This document shows positions 9,696 through 19,136 of a stretch of DNA of 64,000 nucleotides, piece after piece. The notes under the pieces were generated by a model that had not been told where the DNA came from, did not search any database, and saw only the letters and a list, made by a program, of their open reading frames with translations. This stretch comes from Alphaproteobacteria bacterium (GTDB taxonomy: Bacteria; Pseudomonadota; Alphaproteobacteria; UBA828): positions 1,664,001-1,728,000 of the forward strand of contig CBDCCI010000002.1 in the NCBI GenBank assembly GCA_965214705.1, read 5' to 3'. How positions within the stretch are numbered: position 1 is the stretch's first letter; the number at the start of each line of letters is the position of its first letter. The position numbers and the translations under genes are program-made.

Positions 9696-11338
9696 CTAAG
9701 CGAAGCGGAGGCGGCGAGGCAGACGGCGGAAGCTCGGGCGGCACGGCTGGAGGCCGAGAACGCGTACGGCGCGGAGCAGATCAGCCGGCTCGAGCATCTC
9801 AACAAGGAGCTCAGGAAGGCGCTGTTCGGTCCGCGCTCCGAGAAGCTCAACGAGGACGAGCGCCAGCTTACGTTCGAGGAGTTTTGGGCGGCGATCGCTG
9901 AAGCCGGCGGCCGGCCTGAGGCAGATGACCAGGAGCAGGACGAGGAGGCTGGCGGCAAGCGCCGGCGGCGCTCTTCCCGGGGATCGCGCAGCGGGGTGCG
10001 CTTCGGGCCCCAGGTCGACCGGCGCGAGGAGGTGATCGAGCCGGACACGATCATGTGCCCGTGCGGCTGCGGCGAGATGACGAAGATCGGCGAGGATCGC
10101 AGCGAGCGGCTGGACTATGAGCCGGCGAAGTTCACCGTCATCGAGACCGTGCGCCCCCGCTACGCCTGCAACAAGTGCAAGGGCGGCGGGGTGGTGCAGT
10201 CGCCGGCGCCCGCCGCTCTGGTGGAGGGCGGCCTTCCCACCGAGGCTCTTCTGGCGCACGTGCTGATCGCGAAGTACGGCGATCATTGCCCGCTCTACCG
10301 TCAATCGCAGATTTACGAGCGCTCGGGGATCGAGGTTCACCGCGCGACGCTGGCGACGTGGGTGGGGCAGGCTTCGTTTCACCTGCGCCCCGTGGTCGAT
10401 TGCCTGATGGCGGAGCTGAAGAAGTCGAGCCACCTGGGTCTGGACGAGACCACGATCCGTGTTCTCGACCCCGGCCGGGGCAAGACGAAGACGGGCTACA
10501 TGTGGACCCTTGTGCGCGACGAGCGTCACTGGAGCGGCGCGGATCCGCCGGGCGTCGTCTATCGCTATGAGCCCGGTCGCGGCGGCAAGTATGGCGCCAG
10601 GCTCTTGAAGGGCTTTTCGGGGACGGTGCAGCTCGACGCCTACTCGGGCCACAACATCCTGGCGCGGCGGGACCGGCCCGGCGGCCCTGTGACGCGGGCT
10701 CTCTGCTGGGGGCACGCCAGGCGCAAGCTGAAAGAGGTGTACGACTCGAGCGCCTCGCCGATCGCGCTGACCGGTCTCACGCGGATCGCCAAGCTCTATG
10801 CGATCGAGGAGAAGATCCGGGGCGAGCCGCCGGCGACGCGTCAGGCGATCCGCTGGGAGGAGTCGGCGCCGATCGTGAACGCCTTCGGTGTCTGGCTCGA
10901 CGAGCAGCGCTCGAAGGTCTCACCGCGCTCCCGTCTCGGCGAGAAGCTCGCCTATATCGCCAACCAGTGGGACGGGCTGCTGGAGTTCCTGCGCGACGGC
11001 CGCGTCGAGATCGACTCGAACCTGGTGGAGAACCGAATCCGCCCACTGAAGCTCACCGCCAAGAATGCGCTCTTCGCCGGCAACGACGAGGGTGCGCAAG
11101 CCTGGGCCCGCATCGCCTCGCTGATCGAGACCTGCAAGATGAACGGTGTCGAGCCCTATGCCTGGATGCGGAGCACGCTCGAGAAGATCGCCAAGGGCCA
11201 CCCGCAGTCCAAAATCCAGGAACTGCTGCCGTGGAATTTCAAGCCCGAGACAAAATGACTCGCGCGCCCACGGCGCTCCTCAAGAAATCCCCGTCGTAGT
11301 CAACCCAGATTCCCATATGGGGTCTGCGTACCGCTTAC

Positions 11339-14300
11339 GTTGAACGTCCAGCATTCGTCTCTGGTGAGAATCCCCTCGACCGTGTCGCGCAGACCCTCCG
11401 GCAGATGCGGCCTGGCATCGAGGGAACGTGCGCGCTCCATCAGCGCGGCATAGTTGCGGCTGTCGAAGCCGATCCCGCCCGTCTCCTTCGTCCACTGCTG
11501 CACGACCGAAGACAGCACGTTCATCTCCCGCGCCTCGACCTCCATCAGCGCGTGGTCGAGGCGGTCCGTTCCTTCGGCCAGCACCCCCCGCTCGTCCGGC
11601 ATGGCGGCCAGATGGCTTCCGTGGGGGGCGTCGTTTGCCAGCATCGCGCGGGCCTCGGCGAGCAGGGGCTCCGCCTGCTGCCGCCAGCCGGTCAGGGACA
11701 CGAGCGTCGCGGGACGTTCGGGACAGTCCGCCGTCAGCGCGTCCAGCCGTGCGGGCCATTCCCGGATCTGCCGGCAGACCGGCTCGCACCTGGCATGGTA
11801 GCCGAGCCACGAGGCGACAACTTCCTGCGTGCGCGCCGGCAGCGACGCCTGCGCGGAGAGCGCCTCGGCCTGTGCGACCAGCTCGCCGTAGCGCGGCACA
11901 TGGAACGCCTCGGTCCCGGTCTCGCGCGCCTGCCGGTTCACCTCCTTCGTCAGCCACCCGAATGCCCGGTAGCCGTCGTGCCGCAGCGCGTCGGCGACCT
12001 CCTCCGCAGCCTGCCGGACAGCCTCGCGTCCGCCCGGTACGGCGTCCAGGCAGGGGGCGCGGGCGTCTTCGGGGCGCAGCATGTTCCCGGCCATGGCCTC
12101 CAATGCGGCGCCTTCCTCGCGCCAGGACTGCCGCGCAGGATGGTGCGGATCGAGCCCGCCGGGCTCGTCCTGCGGCAGGTCCGCTGCCTGCCACGCCGCG
12201 ACACGGCCGGGCAGGGCGCGCACCTCTTCCGCCAGCGCCGTCTGGGCGGCATCGACCTCCCGCCATTCCGCCACCGCGCGCTGCGCCTGCGCATCGAGCC
12301 CCTCGGCGGCCGCGAGCCTTTCGCCAAGCGCCGCCACCTGCCGGTAGCCCGGCGCGTAAATCTCCGGGACGACGCTCTCAGCCGCCCGTTCGCGAAGCGC
12401 GTGCCATACCCGTTCGAAGCGTCCGGCATCGTCGAGGAGCCGCGTGCGCTCGAGCATATCGACGGCGTCCTCCAGGCCGGCGCGCCCGCCCGGCATGGCA
12501 TGGAGGTGGTGGGCCACCTCGCGGTGTACAGTCTCGCCCTCCGCCCCGAGCCGGGCTGCGGCCTCCAGGAGCGCCGTCCCTTCCTCGCGCCAGGCAGCGT
12601 GTTCGGTGAGTTGCTCCACCGGCACTCCCTGCGAGGAGGCCGTCCAGCCGAGCTCCGGCCAGTGCCGCCAGTGGTCCCCAATGCGCCCGACGAGGCCCTG
12701 CACCTCCCGGTCGTGCGCGAGATGCTCCTCGTGTTTCGCCAGCATGGTGTCGGTGAGGCGGCGCATGTCCTCCGGGAGGTCCTCGATCTGCGCGAGCGCA
12801 GCAGCCTGCGCCATCGTGTCCCGGTAGCCCGGGAGGAGGAACGGAACGGTGTTCGTCGCCTCGCCCTCCCGCAGGAGCGCCCGCCAGTCCGCCGCGAGCG
12901 CCGCGAACACCTCGGGGTCCACCGCGGGGGTCTCGGAAAGGTCGATCCCCAAGGCCTCCAGCGCCCCGTCCTCGCTCCGCTCGTATGCCATGCTCTCGAT
13001 GAGCGCGTCGCGGTCGTCGGTCAGCAGCAGGAACTCTTCCGAGACCCGGCTGAGCTCGACATGGAACAGCTCGCGGTCGGCCCCGGCGCCCGCGTCCAGC
13101 ACCGCGATCGCCGCCCGCGCCGTCCGGCCCTGTGCAGAATGCACGGTGGAACAATACGCATGATCGAGATGGCGCAGCTGCGGGTCGGTGAGCGCGAGAC
13201 CGAACTCCCGGCCGCCCTCGCGGAAGCGCACCCGCCTGTAGCCGATCTCCACGATCTCCGCTTCGCCGCCGTTGACCAGGTCCGGCGCCCGGGGATGCCT
13301 GCCGCGGCCGGGCGGGGCCTTGCGGTTGCGCGTCCAGCGGATCAGGTCGCCGGCGCGCAACTCGATCCGCTCGGTGTCGTAGAGGCCCAGATAGCGCGCC
13401 GCATTGCCCGAAGGCCGGAACCGGCGCTCGCCGTCTGCATGGGCCAGCACGACCCTGCCGTCGTCGTGACCCATGACGGTGCAGACGTCGTTCGCGCGGC
13501 AGCCGAAGACGTCGCGGTGGAACACTATAGTGTCACCGGGCTCGTAGCTGCGGATATCGGAAGCCAGCGCACGGGTGAGCCGCCGGTCGACCAGGCGGTC
13601 GACGGCCAAGGTGCGGCCCCGCAACACGCCTTCCTCCGCGAGCCCTTCGCGCACCGCCTCGTTTGCCTGCCGGCGGATTGCGTGCGTGGGGGCGAGGATC
13701 AGGGTGTCCGCCCGCTGCTCCGGCGCCAGCGTGAGCCAGCGCCGCGCCGCCTCGATGCCGAGCTCCTCGCGGGGCGCCTCGCGCACCCGGTTGCCCAGCG
13801 CCGCGATCGCCGCGCCCGGCTCCCCCTCCCTGACGCGGCCTACCGTCGCGCGCAGCTCCGGGTCGCGCTGGCGCAGCACCTCGTCCATGGTCGCCGTCGC
13901 CATGCCCGCCTTCTGCAGCAGACGGAAGGGCTGGCCCGCATCCACCGCCCTCAACTGCGCGGTGTCGCCCACCAGCGCGACCCGCGCCACGTCCAGATCG
14001 CGCGCGATGCGCAGCAGCGCCTCCATGCGCACGGTGTCGATCATCGAGGCCTCGTCCACCGCCAGCACCACGCCCCCGTACTCCTCCCGGCCCCGCGCCA
14101 GACGCGCCGGGTCGGAGAGGTCGTTGAAGCGGGTCAGGAAGTGCTGCAGCGTCCTGGAGGGGATGTCCGCCTCCCTGGCGAGAACCCGTGCGGCGGCGGC
14201 CGAGGGCGCCAGGCCCCGTATCGTCCGCTCCCCGAGGAGCGCCTTCACCTCCCTCAGCATGGTCGTCTTGCCGCTGCCGGCATGGCCCTGCACGCCGATC

Positions 14301-15802
14301 GTGAGATCGTTGGACAGCAGCACCGTACGGACCGCCTCCTTCTGGCCCCGGGTGAGGTCCGACGCCCCGAGCCGCGCCTCGACCGCATCCGCACCGGCCA
14401 GCGCCATTCCCTTGCCCCGTCCTGCCCGCATGGACGCCAGCACTTGGCGTTCGGCCTTCACCGCGCGGTCGGTGACGAAGGCCCGATCCATGCCCCGGCG
14501 TTCCGCCTCGATCAGCTCGCCGCCGGCCGCGAGCCGTGCGATCGCCCCGTCGACCTCGGCCAGGGTGTAGCGCCCCGGCGCGTGGCCCAGCGCCACCGCC
14601 CGGATCTCCGCCTCCGGGATCGCGGTGCGCCGCTCCGCAACGTGCGCCACCGCACGCGCCACCGCCTCCAGGACGCCCCGCTCGGGCTCCTGCGACAGCT
14701 CCGCCGGCGCCGGGGAGCGAGAGGGCGTGGGATTCACCCCCGCCGACGCGGCAACGTCGTCGCGGCGCTGCCTCGGCAGCGCCGGCAGCGCCGGCGCGCG
14801 CTTCAGGCTGCGGATCTCGTTGGGCGGCAGGTCGGGCGCAGGCGCGCGCGGCAACCCCACCCGCTCGCCGGTCGCCGGGTCGAGGGGGCGGGGCGGCGTG
14901 AGAGCCGTCTTCTCTCGGACCAGACCCAGTGCCCGCGCCCGTTCGCGCCATTCCGGCACCAGGTCCGCGAGGGTCCGCTCCTCCTTGCGCCGCCGCGTGT
15001 GAAGCGCCGCCATCTGCGTGTGCTTCGCCGTGTAGGACAGGTCCTGGCGCTCCAGGTACGCGAGAATCTCGCGGCGCCTGCCCGAGAACGCGTCCAGGAA
15101 GGAGCGCTCGTAGCCCGCAAGCTCGAACCCCGGCACCCGTCCCACCAGGGTCGGCGAGACGGCCATGCCGAGCGCCTGAAGACGCAGCGCAAGCTCGTTC
15201 CGGTAGTACGCCCCGATCAGCTTCTCGCTGCGCCGGATCTTCGTCGGCTCCACGCTCCGCCATTCCCCGGACGCGGCGCGCGTCATGTTGGCCAGCACGC
15301 AGTGGGTGTGCAGCTGCGGGTCCTGGTCGCGGCTCGCGAGGTGCCGGAACCCCGCCACCACCATGCCCTCCGCCTTCACCCGGGGACGGCGCCGGGTCGC
15401 CGGGTCCCAGCCCCGGGTCTGCAGAAGCTCCGACTCCACGAGGCCGAGCGTCGCCCGCACCGCCTCGTCGTGAGCCCGGATCACCCGGCGGTCGCCCATC
15501 ACCAGCGCCTCCAGCGATACCGACTTCGGGGCCGACAGGGTTATGTCCCAGCCGGGCCGGTGATCGTGCTCCCCCTCGCGCATCCGGCCGAGACGCAGGT
15601 CCGTTCCCGGCACGTATCCCGACAGCACCGATTCGAAGCGCGAGGGACGCACATGGGCCTTGAGCCCCAGCGCCTTCGCCGCGTCCCCGTACCAGAAGCT
15701 GGCCTGACGGTGCTCGGCGTCATTCCGGGCGTAGTAGCCGTCGCGCTCGTAGTAGGTCACCGCCATGGCGGACGAGCGGAGTTCCGTGACCGTGGCTACC
15801 AT
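11339..15802 (-). pseudogene. MOBF (TrwC/TraI-like) relaxase-helicase, interrupted near its C-terminus by IS66
   Basis: YYERDGYY catalytic tyrosines, GWDITLSAPKSVS, HLASRDQDPQLHTH (HUH), GHAGSGKTT, DEASM, HAYCSTVHSAQGRT. Confidence 0.95.
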
Positions 15803-15874
15803 CGGCTCAGACCCCGATTACGACCGCGCCGGTGCGCTGCAGAGGCAAAGCGGAACGCCGCCGGCTCGACGGGC

Positions 15875-16549
15875 TCACTGCCATCCGTAGAGGACGTGTA
15901 TGCGGCTCTCGGTCAGCATGCCCAGGATGAAGACGATCAAGCCCGCAAGCACCGTCTTCAGGCCGAACCTCGGTCCGGCCGTTTGCGTGAGGATGTCATA
16001 GAGAAGCCCACGGATCGGACCGGACTGCTGGATGACTTGGGCGCGCGTCGCCGCGAGTCCCGTCTCGATCCTGGTCACGGCCTCCTCGATCTCGGCCGCA
16101 ACCCGGTCCGCGGTGGTTGCCATACCCTCATCGATGCGCTCCGCCGCCGCTGCCGCCTTCGCCGCCGCTTCCTCGATCCTGCCGGCATGGTCTGCGACCG
16201 CCGCCGCGTCCTCCCCCGGCGCGTCCGGCGGCGCGCCCCCGGTTCGCGCAGCCTCGGCGACACAGGCCACGAGTCCGTCGCCCCAGGCCTCAAGAGCCTC
16301 CCGCGTCAGTACCTCAGGTACTGCCTCAGGCACTGCCGCAGGCTCTGGCGCAGGCCGTTCCGTAGACACCGTTTCCCTCAGTCCGGCCACCTGCTCCCGG
16401 AGGTCCCGCACTTCGGTGAGCAGTTCCTCGATCGCGGCCGGATCGATACCGGGCGCCGGTGGCGAAGCGGGCGGGCCCTCCGCCGGCAGGCTCGCCAGGA
16501 GGTCCGGCTGGCCCGTCCGGTCGCTCTTGCCGTCGTCCTCCGCAGTCAC
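15875..16549 (-). CDS. Hypothetical coiled-coil protein with C-terminal transmembrane helix
   Basis: GTG start with GAGGGG RBS; Ala/Glu-rich helices; hydrophobic tail LKTVLAGLIVFILGML; in operon with the relaxase. Confidence 0.7.
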   Translation of the reverse strand: MTAEDDGKSDRTGQPDLLASLPAEGPPASPPAPGIDPAAIEELLTEVRDLREQVAGLRETVSTERPAPEPAAVPEAVPEVLTREALEAWGDGLVACVAEAARTGGAPPDAPGEDAAAVADHAGRIEEAAAKAAAAAERIDEGMATTADRVAAEIEEAVTRIETGLAATRAQVIQQSGPIRGLLYDILTQTAGPRFGLKTVLAGLIVFILGMLTESRIHVLYGWQ

Positions 16550-16811
16550 GCCATTTGTCCCCTCGTGTGGACGGCCTCGTGCACCTCATTCATGCCGGCG
16601 GCGCACATGGTGCCCGCCTCACAGCAACCGCTTCCGGCGAAAATCCGTCTCCCTTTCGCGGACCTGAGGCGCGACCCTTTGCTTCTGTTGTTGCGCTCCG
16701 CAGTCACGCTATCCCTCTCCTCGTTCGGCCGATCTCGCGCACATCGTTCATGCCGGCGGCGTACATGGTGCCCGCCTCACAGAAGCCGGTCCTGGCGAGA
16801 ATCCGTTTCCC
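16538..16811. repeat. Imperfect direct repeat, period 158 bp
   Basis: CTCCGCAGTCACGC at 16538 and 16696; TTCATGCCGGCGGCG.ACATGGTGCCCGCCTCACAG in both copies. Confidence 0.85.
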
Positions 16812-17313
16812 CGGCGGACGGCTCTGGCGCGACCTCCGGCTTCGCTGCCGGCGGCTCGGTCGAGACCGTGACCGAGGTCACGACCGAGGCTGAAGCGATA
16901 CGTGCCCGCTCCTCGCCAAGCACCGCGGCCAGCGCCACGCGCAGCTCTTCAGCGCGGCCCGACCCTGCCATCGCAGACGCCCACGCGGCGAACATCACTG
17001 CGATCCTCTCCTGCATGTCGCGCACAAGGGGACCCGCATCCTCACCCTCCAGCATCAGCGCGCGAACCTCCTGCAGCGCCTCCAGTTGCTCCCGCTGTTC
17101 TTCCTTGGCGAGCGCCAACGCGGGATACTCGTGCCGGGGACCCGCGTCCTCTTCCGATGCGTCCCGCTCCACCAGCCCCAGCAGGTAGCGCGCGATCGAC
17201 AGGCCGCGCCGGTCGGCCTTATTGCGAACGGTCTCCCACTCCGCGTCCGTCGCCGAGATCGAGATGTGCCTGCTCGGGCTGCGCGCCTTCCGCCGACGCC
17301 GCACCCGCCTCAC
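16777..17313 (-). CDS. Ribbon-helix-helix (MobC/NikA-like) protein
   Basis: HISISATDAEWETVRNKADRRGLSIARYL; GTGA overlap with upstream gene. Confidence 0.75.
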   Translation of the reverse strand: MRRVRRRRKARSPSRHISISATDAEWETVRNKADRRGLSIARYLLGLVERDASEEDAGPRHEYPALALAKEEQREQLEALQEVRALMLEGEDAGPLVRDMQERIAVMFAAWASAMAGSGRAEELRVALAAVLGEERARIASASVVTSVTVSTEPPAAKPEVAPEPSAGETDSRQDRLL

Positions 17314-17621
17314 GGCGCACGCTCCCTCGCAAGGACGGAGATCGCGCTCAGCAGGCTGAGCCCGCTGCCCCCCGGAAGCTCGCGCCGGAGAGCCCGCACG
17401 AATGCCTGCAACTCCCGCACCCCGTCTCGCTGCTCCACCTGTTCCGCTTCCGTCAGCACCAGGGGATGGCGGTCCGGATCGTCGGCGAGCGCGAGCTCCA
17501 GAATGTAGCGCGACACGGTCTTCTCCGCCGCCGCCGCGCGCTCCCGGATCATCGCCTGTTCAGCCGGCTTGCAGTGCAGGCTCCGCTGACGCCTGACGGG
17601 CCGCGCCGCCTCTTCCGTCAC
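17310..17621 (-). CDS. Ribbon-helix-helix (MobC/NikA-like) protein
   Basis: QRSLHCKPAEQAMIRERAAAAEKTVSRYIL; GTGA overlap. Confidence 0.75.
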   Translation of the reverse strand: MTEEAARPVRRQRSLHCKPAEQAMIRERAAAAEKTVSRYILELALADDPDRHPLVLTEAEQVEQRDGVRELQAFVRALRRELPGGSGLSLLSAISVLARERAP

Positions 17622-17980
17622 GACCCGCCCTCCTCAACCCGCCCCGCCGCCTTCCAGCGGTTCGCAGCACCGGGATCGGTGAGCCGGTCGAGCATGCCCT
17701 CGCGCTCGATCCATTCGTCCACCGCGTCGCAGGCGTCCTCCCAGGCCGCACCGGCGCCCGCCCCGCGCAGCCGCCTCTCCTCCAGTCTGGACAGCACCAG
17801 CATCTCGCGCACCGCCCGGCGCAGGACTTCCGGCGGCAGCGGATCGCGATCGAGAGCGCGATGGATCACGAAGCGCGACAGGTCCATGCCGCTCGCCGCA
17901 GCCGCCCGGCCGATCCGCTCCCATTCCGCATCGGTCGCCATCACCGCGCGCTGGCGCCGTCCGCCGGCGTCCTCCCTCAT
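17618..17980 (-). CDS. Ribbon-helix-helix (MobC/NikA-like) protein
   Basis: QRAVMATDAEWERIGRAAAASGMDLSRFVI; homologue at 57503. Confidence 0.75.
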   Translation of the reverse strand: MREDAGGRRQRAVMATDAEWERIGRAAAASGMDLSRFVIHRALDRDPLPPEVLRRAVREMLVLSRLEERRLRGAGAGAAWEDACDAVDEWIEREGMLDRLTDPGAANRWKAAGRVEEGGS

Positions 17981-18400
17981 CGTGGCCAGCCAGCCGCAGG
18001 GACCTGCTGCAACCGGGACACGTGGCTTCTTGAAGACGAGGAAGATGTCACCAAAATCCTATGGCATTCCTCGTGAGCGATAGTATATGCCGCCAGTGTG
18101 TCCTCGCAGAGCCCCCCAATTCGTGATAAGAACCATACCAGCGCTCTACGCCAATATCAACAACCCACTTCCCCGCGTGCAACTCCTGAAAGACACAGGA
18201 CTTGCCAATGTGTTCTCCATCTCCGCCCAATCCGTCCTTGACAAGCGTCCTAACCCACTGGAGTATAAGCTATATACAGGAGGAAAGAGCAACCCTGCGT
18301 CACGGTTCGTTCGCTAACAGTTCGCGTTAGGTAGTGCACACCTTAACCCGCTGACCGAACGGAATCGGTCCTGAGGGGTCTGGAGCGCCCTGGAGATTGA
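17981..18400. promoter_or_regulatory. AT-richer intergenic region: candidate mob promoter and oriT
   Basis: GC drop directly upstream of the RHH-relaxase operon; minus-strand GGGTTAAGGTGTGCAC (~18334-18349) loosely resembles MOBF nic sites. Confidence 0.4.
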
Positions 18401-18445
18401 TCCAAAACGTTTGCCAAACCGGCAGAATCGCAGAGAGTTGCAAAC

Positions 18446-18483
18446 GGAAAACGGCACCAACTCATTGAGTTAGAGCCGTTTTC
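18446..18483. terminator. Hairpin resembling a tRNA-downstream terminator
   Basis: GAAAACGGC...GCCGTTTTC inverted repeat next to the att-like site. Confidence 0.5.
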
Positions 18484-18484
18484 G

Positions 18485-18541
18485 ATGGTTGCAGGGGCTC
18501 GCAACCCCCGAGACCGACATTCGATCGAAATCCCGGTCTGA
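18485..18541 (+). other. Candidate distal att site of the tRNA-Met island
   Basis: TGGTTGCAGGGG vs TGGTAGCGGGGG (33390; 10/12) plus shared AACCCCCGA; reads MVAGARNPRDRHSIEIPV* in the frame of the recombinase tail. Confidence 0.6.
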
Positions 18542-18693
18542 TCCCGCGTAACCTTCTGAATTATAGCGGGTTCTTGTGCAACGGCATCATCTCATTTGCC
18601 GGGTAAGTCTGATCTTACCGCGCTCTCCTGTGCCGATCCAGTCCCGTAGACACTCCGCCAGGCGCCTCCTGCGCACACTTCTGTATCCGCTTC

Positions 18694-18957
18694 TCATCGA
18701 TGTCCTCGCTCCTCGCGCGCGCATGCATGTACGGCAGACGGAAGCAACAAGAGCTCACGAAGGTCGGCCATCATGGCCCGCAACCGGTCGCGCTGGCCCG
18801 CCGCCGGGGACTTCATTGCAGCGCCTCGGCGTAGACGCTGAGCGGTCGCCGTTCGACCTCTACGGTCACCGGCAAGCGTCGCCGTTCGGGTTCCGGCGCC
18901 CAGATAGCCCGCCGCGCGAACCTCGTCGAACAGCCGCAGCGCGGATCTTCCAGACAA
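18694..18957 (-). pseudogene. Possible IS21 IstA fragment
   Basis: Short SALRLFDEVRAAGY motif only; rest degenerate. Confidence 0.3.
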
Positions 18958-19136
18958 CCACTCAATCCCACAGCGAGCTTGGCTGACCAGCAGCGAAAGC
19001 GAACCGACTATCGTGTTCGATGCAGTCCTTGTTCTCGTCCCGAAACGATTCTGCCCAGGAGCCAGCCATTGTGACCGGTGACAGCCGTAATTTACTGCTG
19101 TAACTTACGGCTGTCACGATTAGGAAGCACCCGGCT

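Larger units (their letters stand above)
7400..11258 (+). pseudogene. tnpC: IS66 TnpC DDE transposase interrupted by IS1634
   Basis: 7400-7535 joins 9700-11258; FGPRSEK, CPCGC, LDET, CWGHARRK, IDSNLVENRIRP, LLPW motifs. Confidence 0.93.
4504..11338 (+). mobile_element. IS66 family element, copy 1 (contains IS110 and IS1634)
   Basis: Ends GTAAGCGGTA / TACCGCTTAC; 8-bp TSD GTTGAACG at 4496-4503 and 11339-11346; tnpA-tnpB-tnpC. Confidence 0.96.

Noticed and set aside
7667-9901. 744-aa plus-strand ORF
   Set aside because: Antisense shadow of the IS1634 transposase.
1-11338. CRISPR-associated transposon (CAST)
   Set aside because: No tnsABC or tniQ; Cas3 is present; the adjacent transposases are independent IS insertions with their own ends.
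11405-17188. 1927-aa plus-strand ORF
   Set aside because: Antisense shadow of the high-GC relaxase operon; no motifs.
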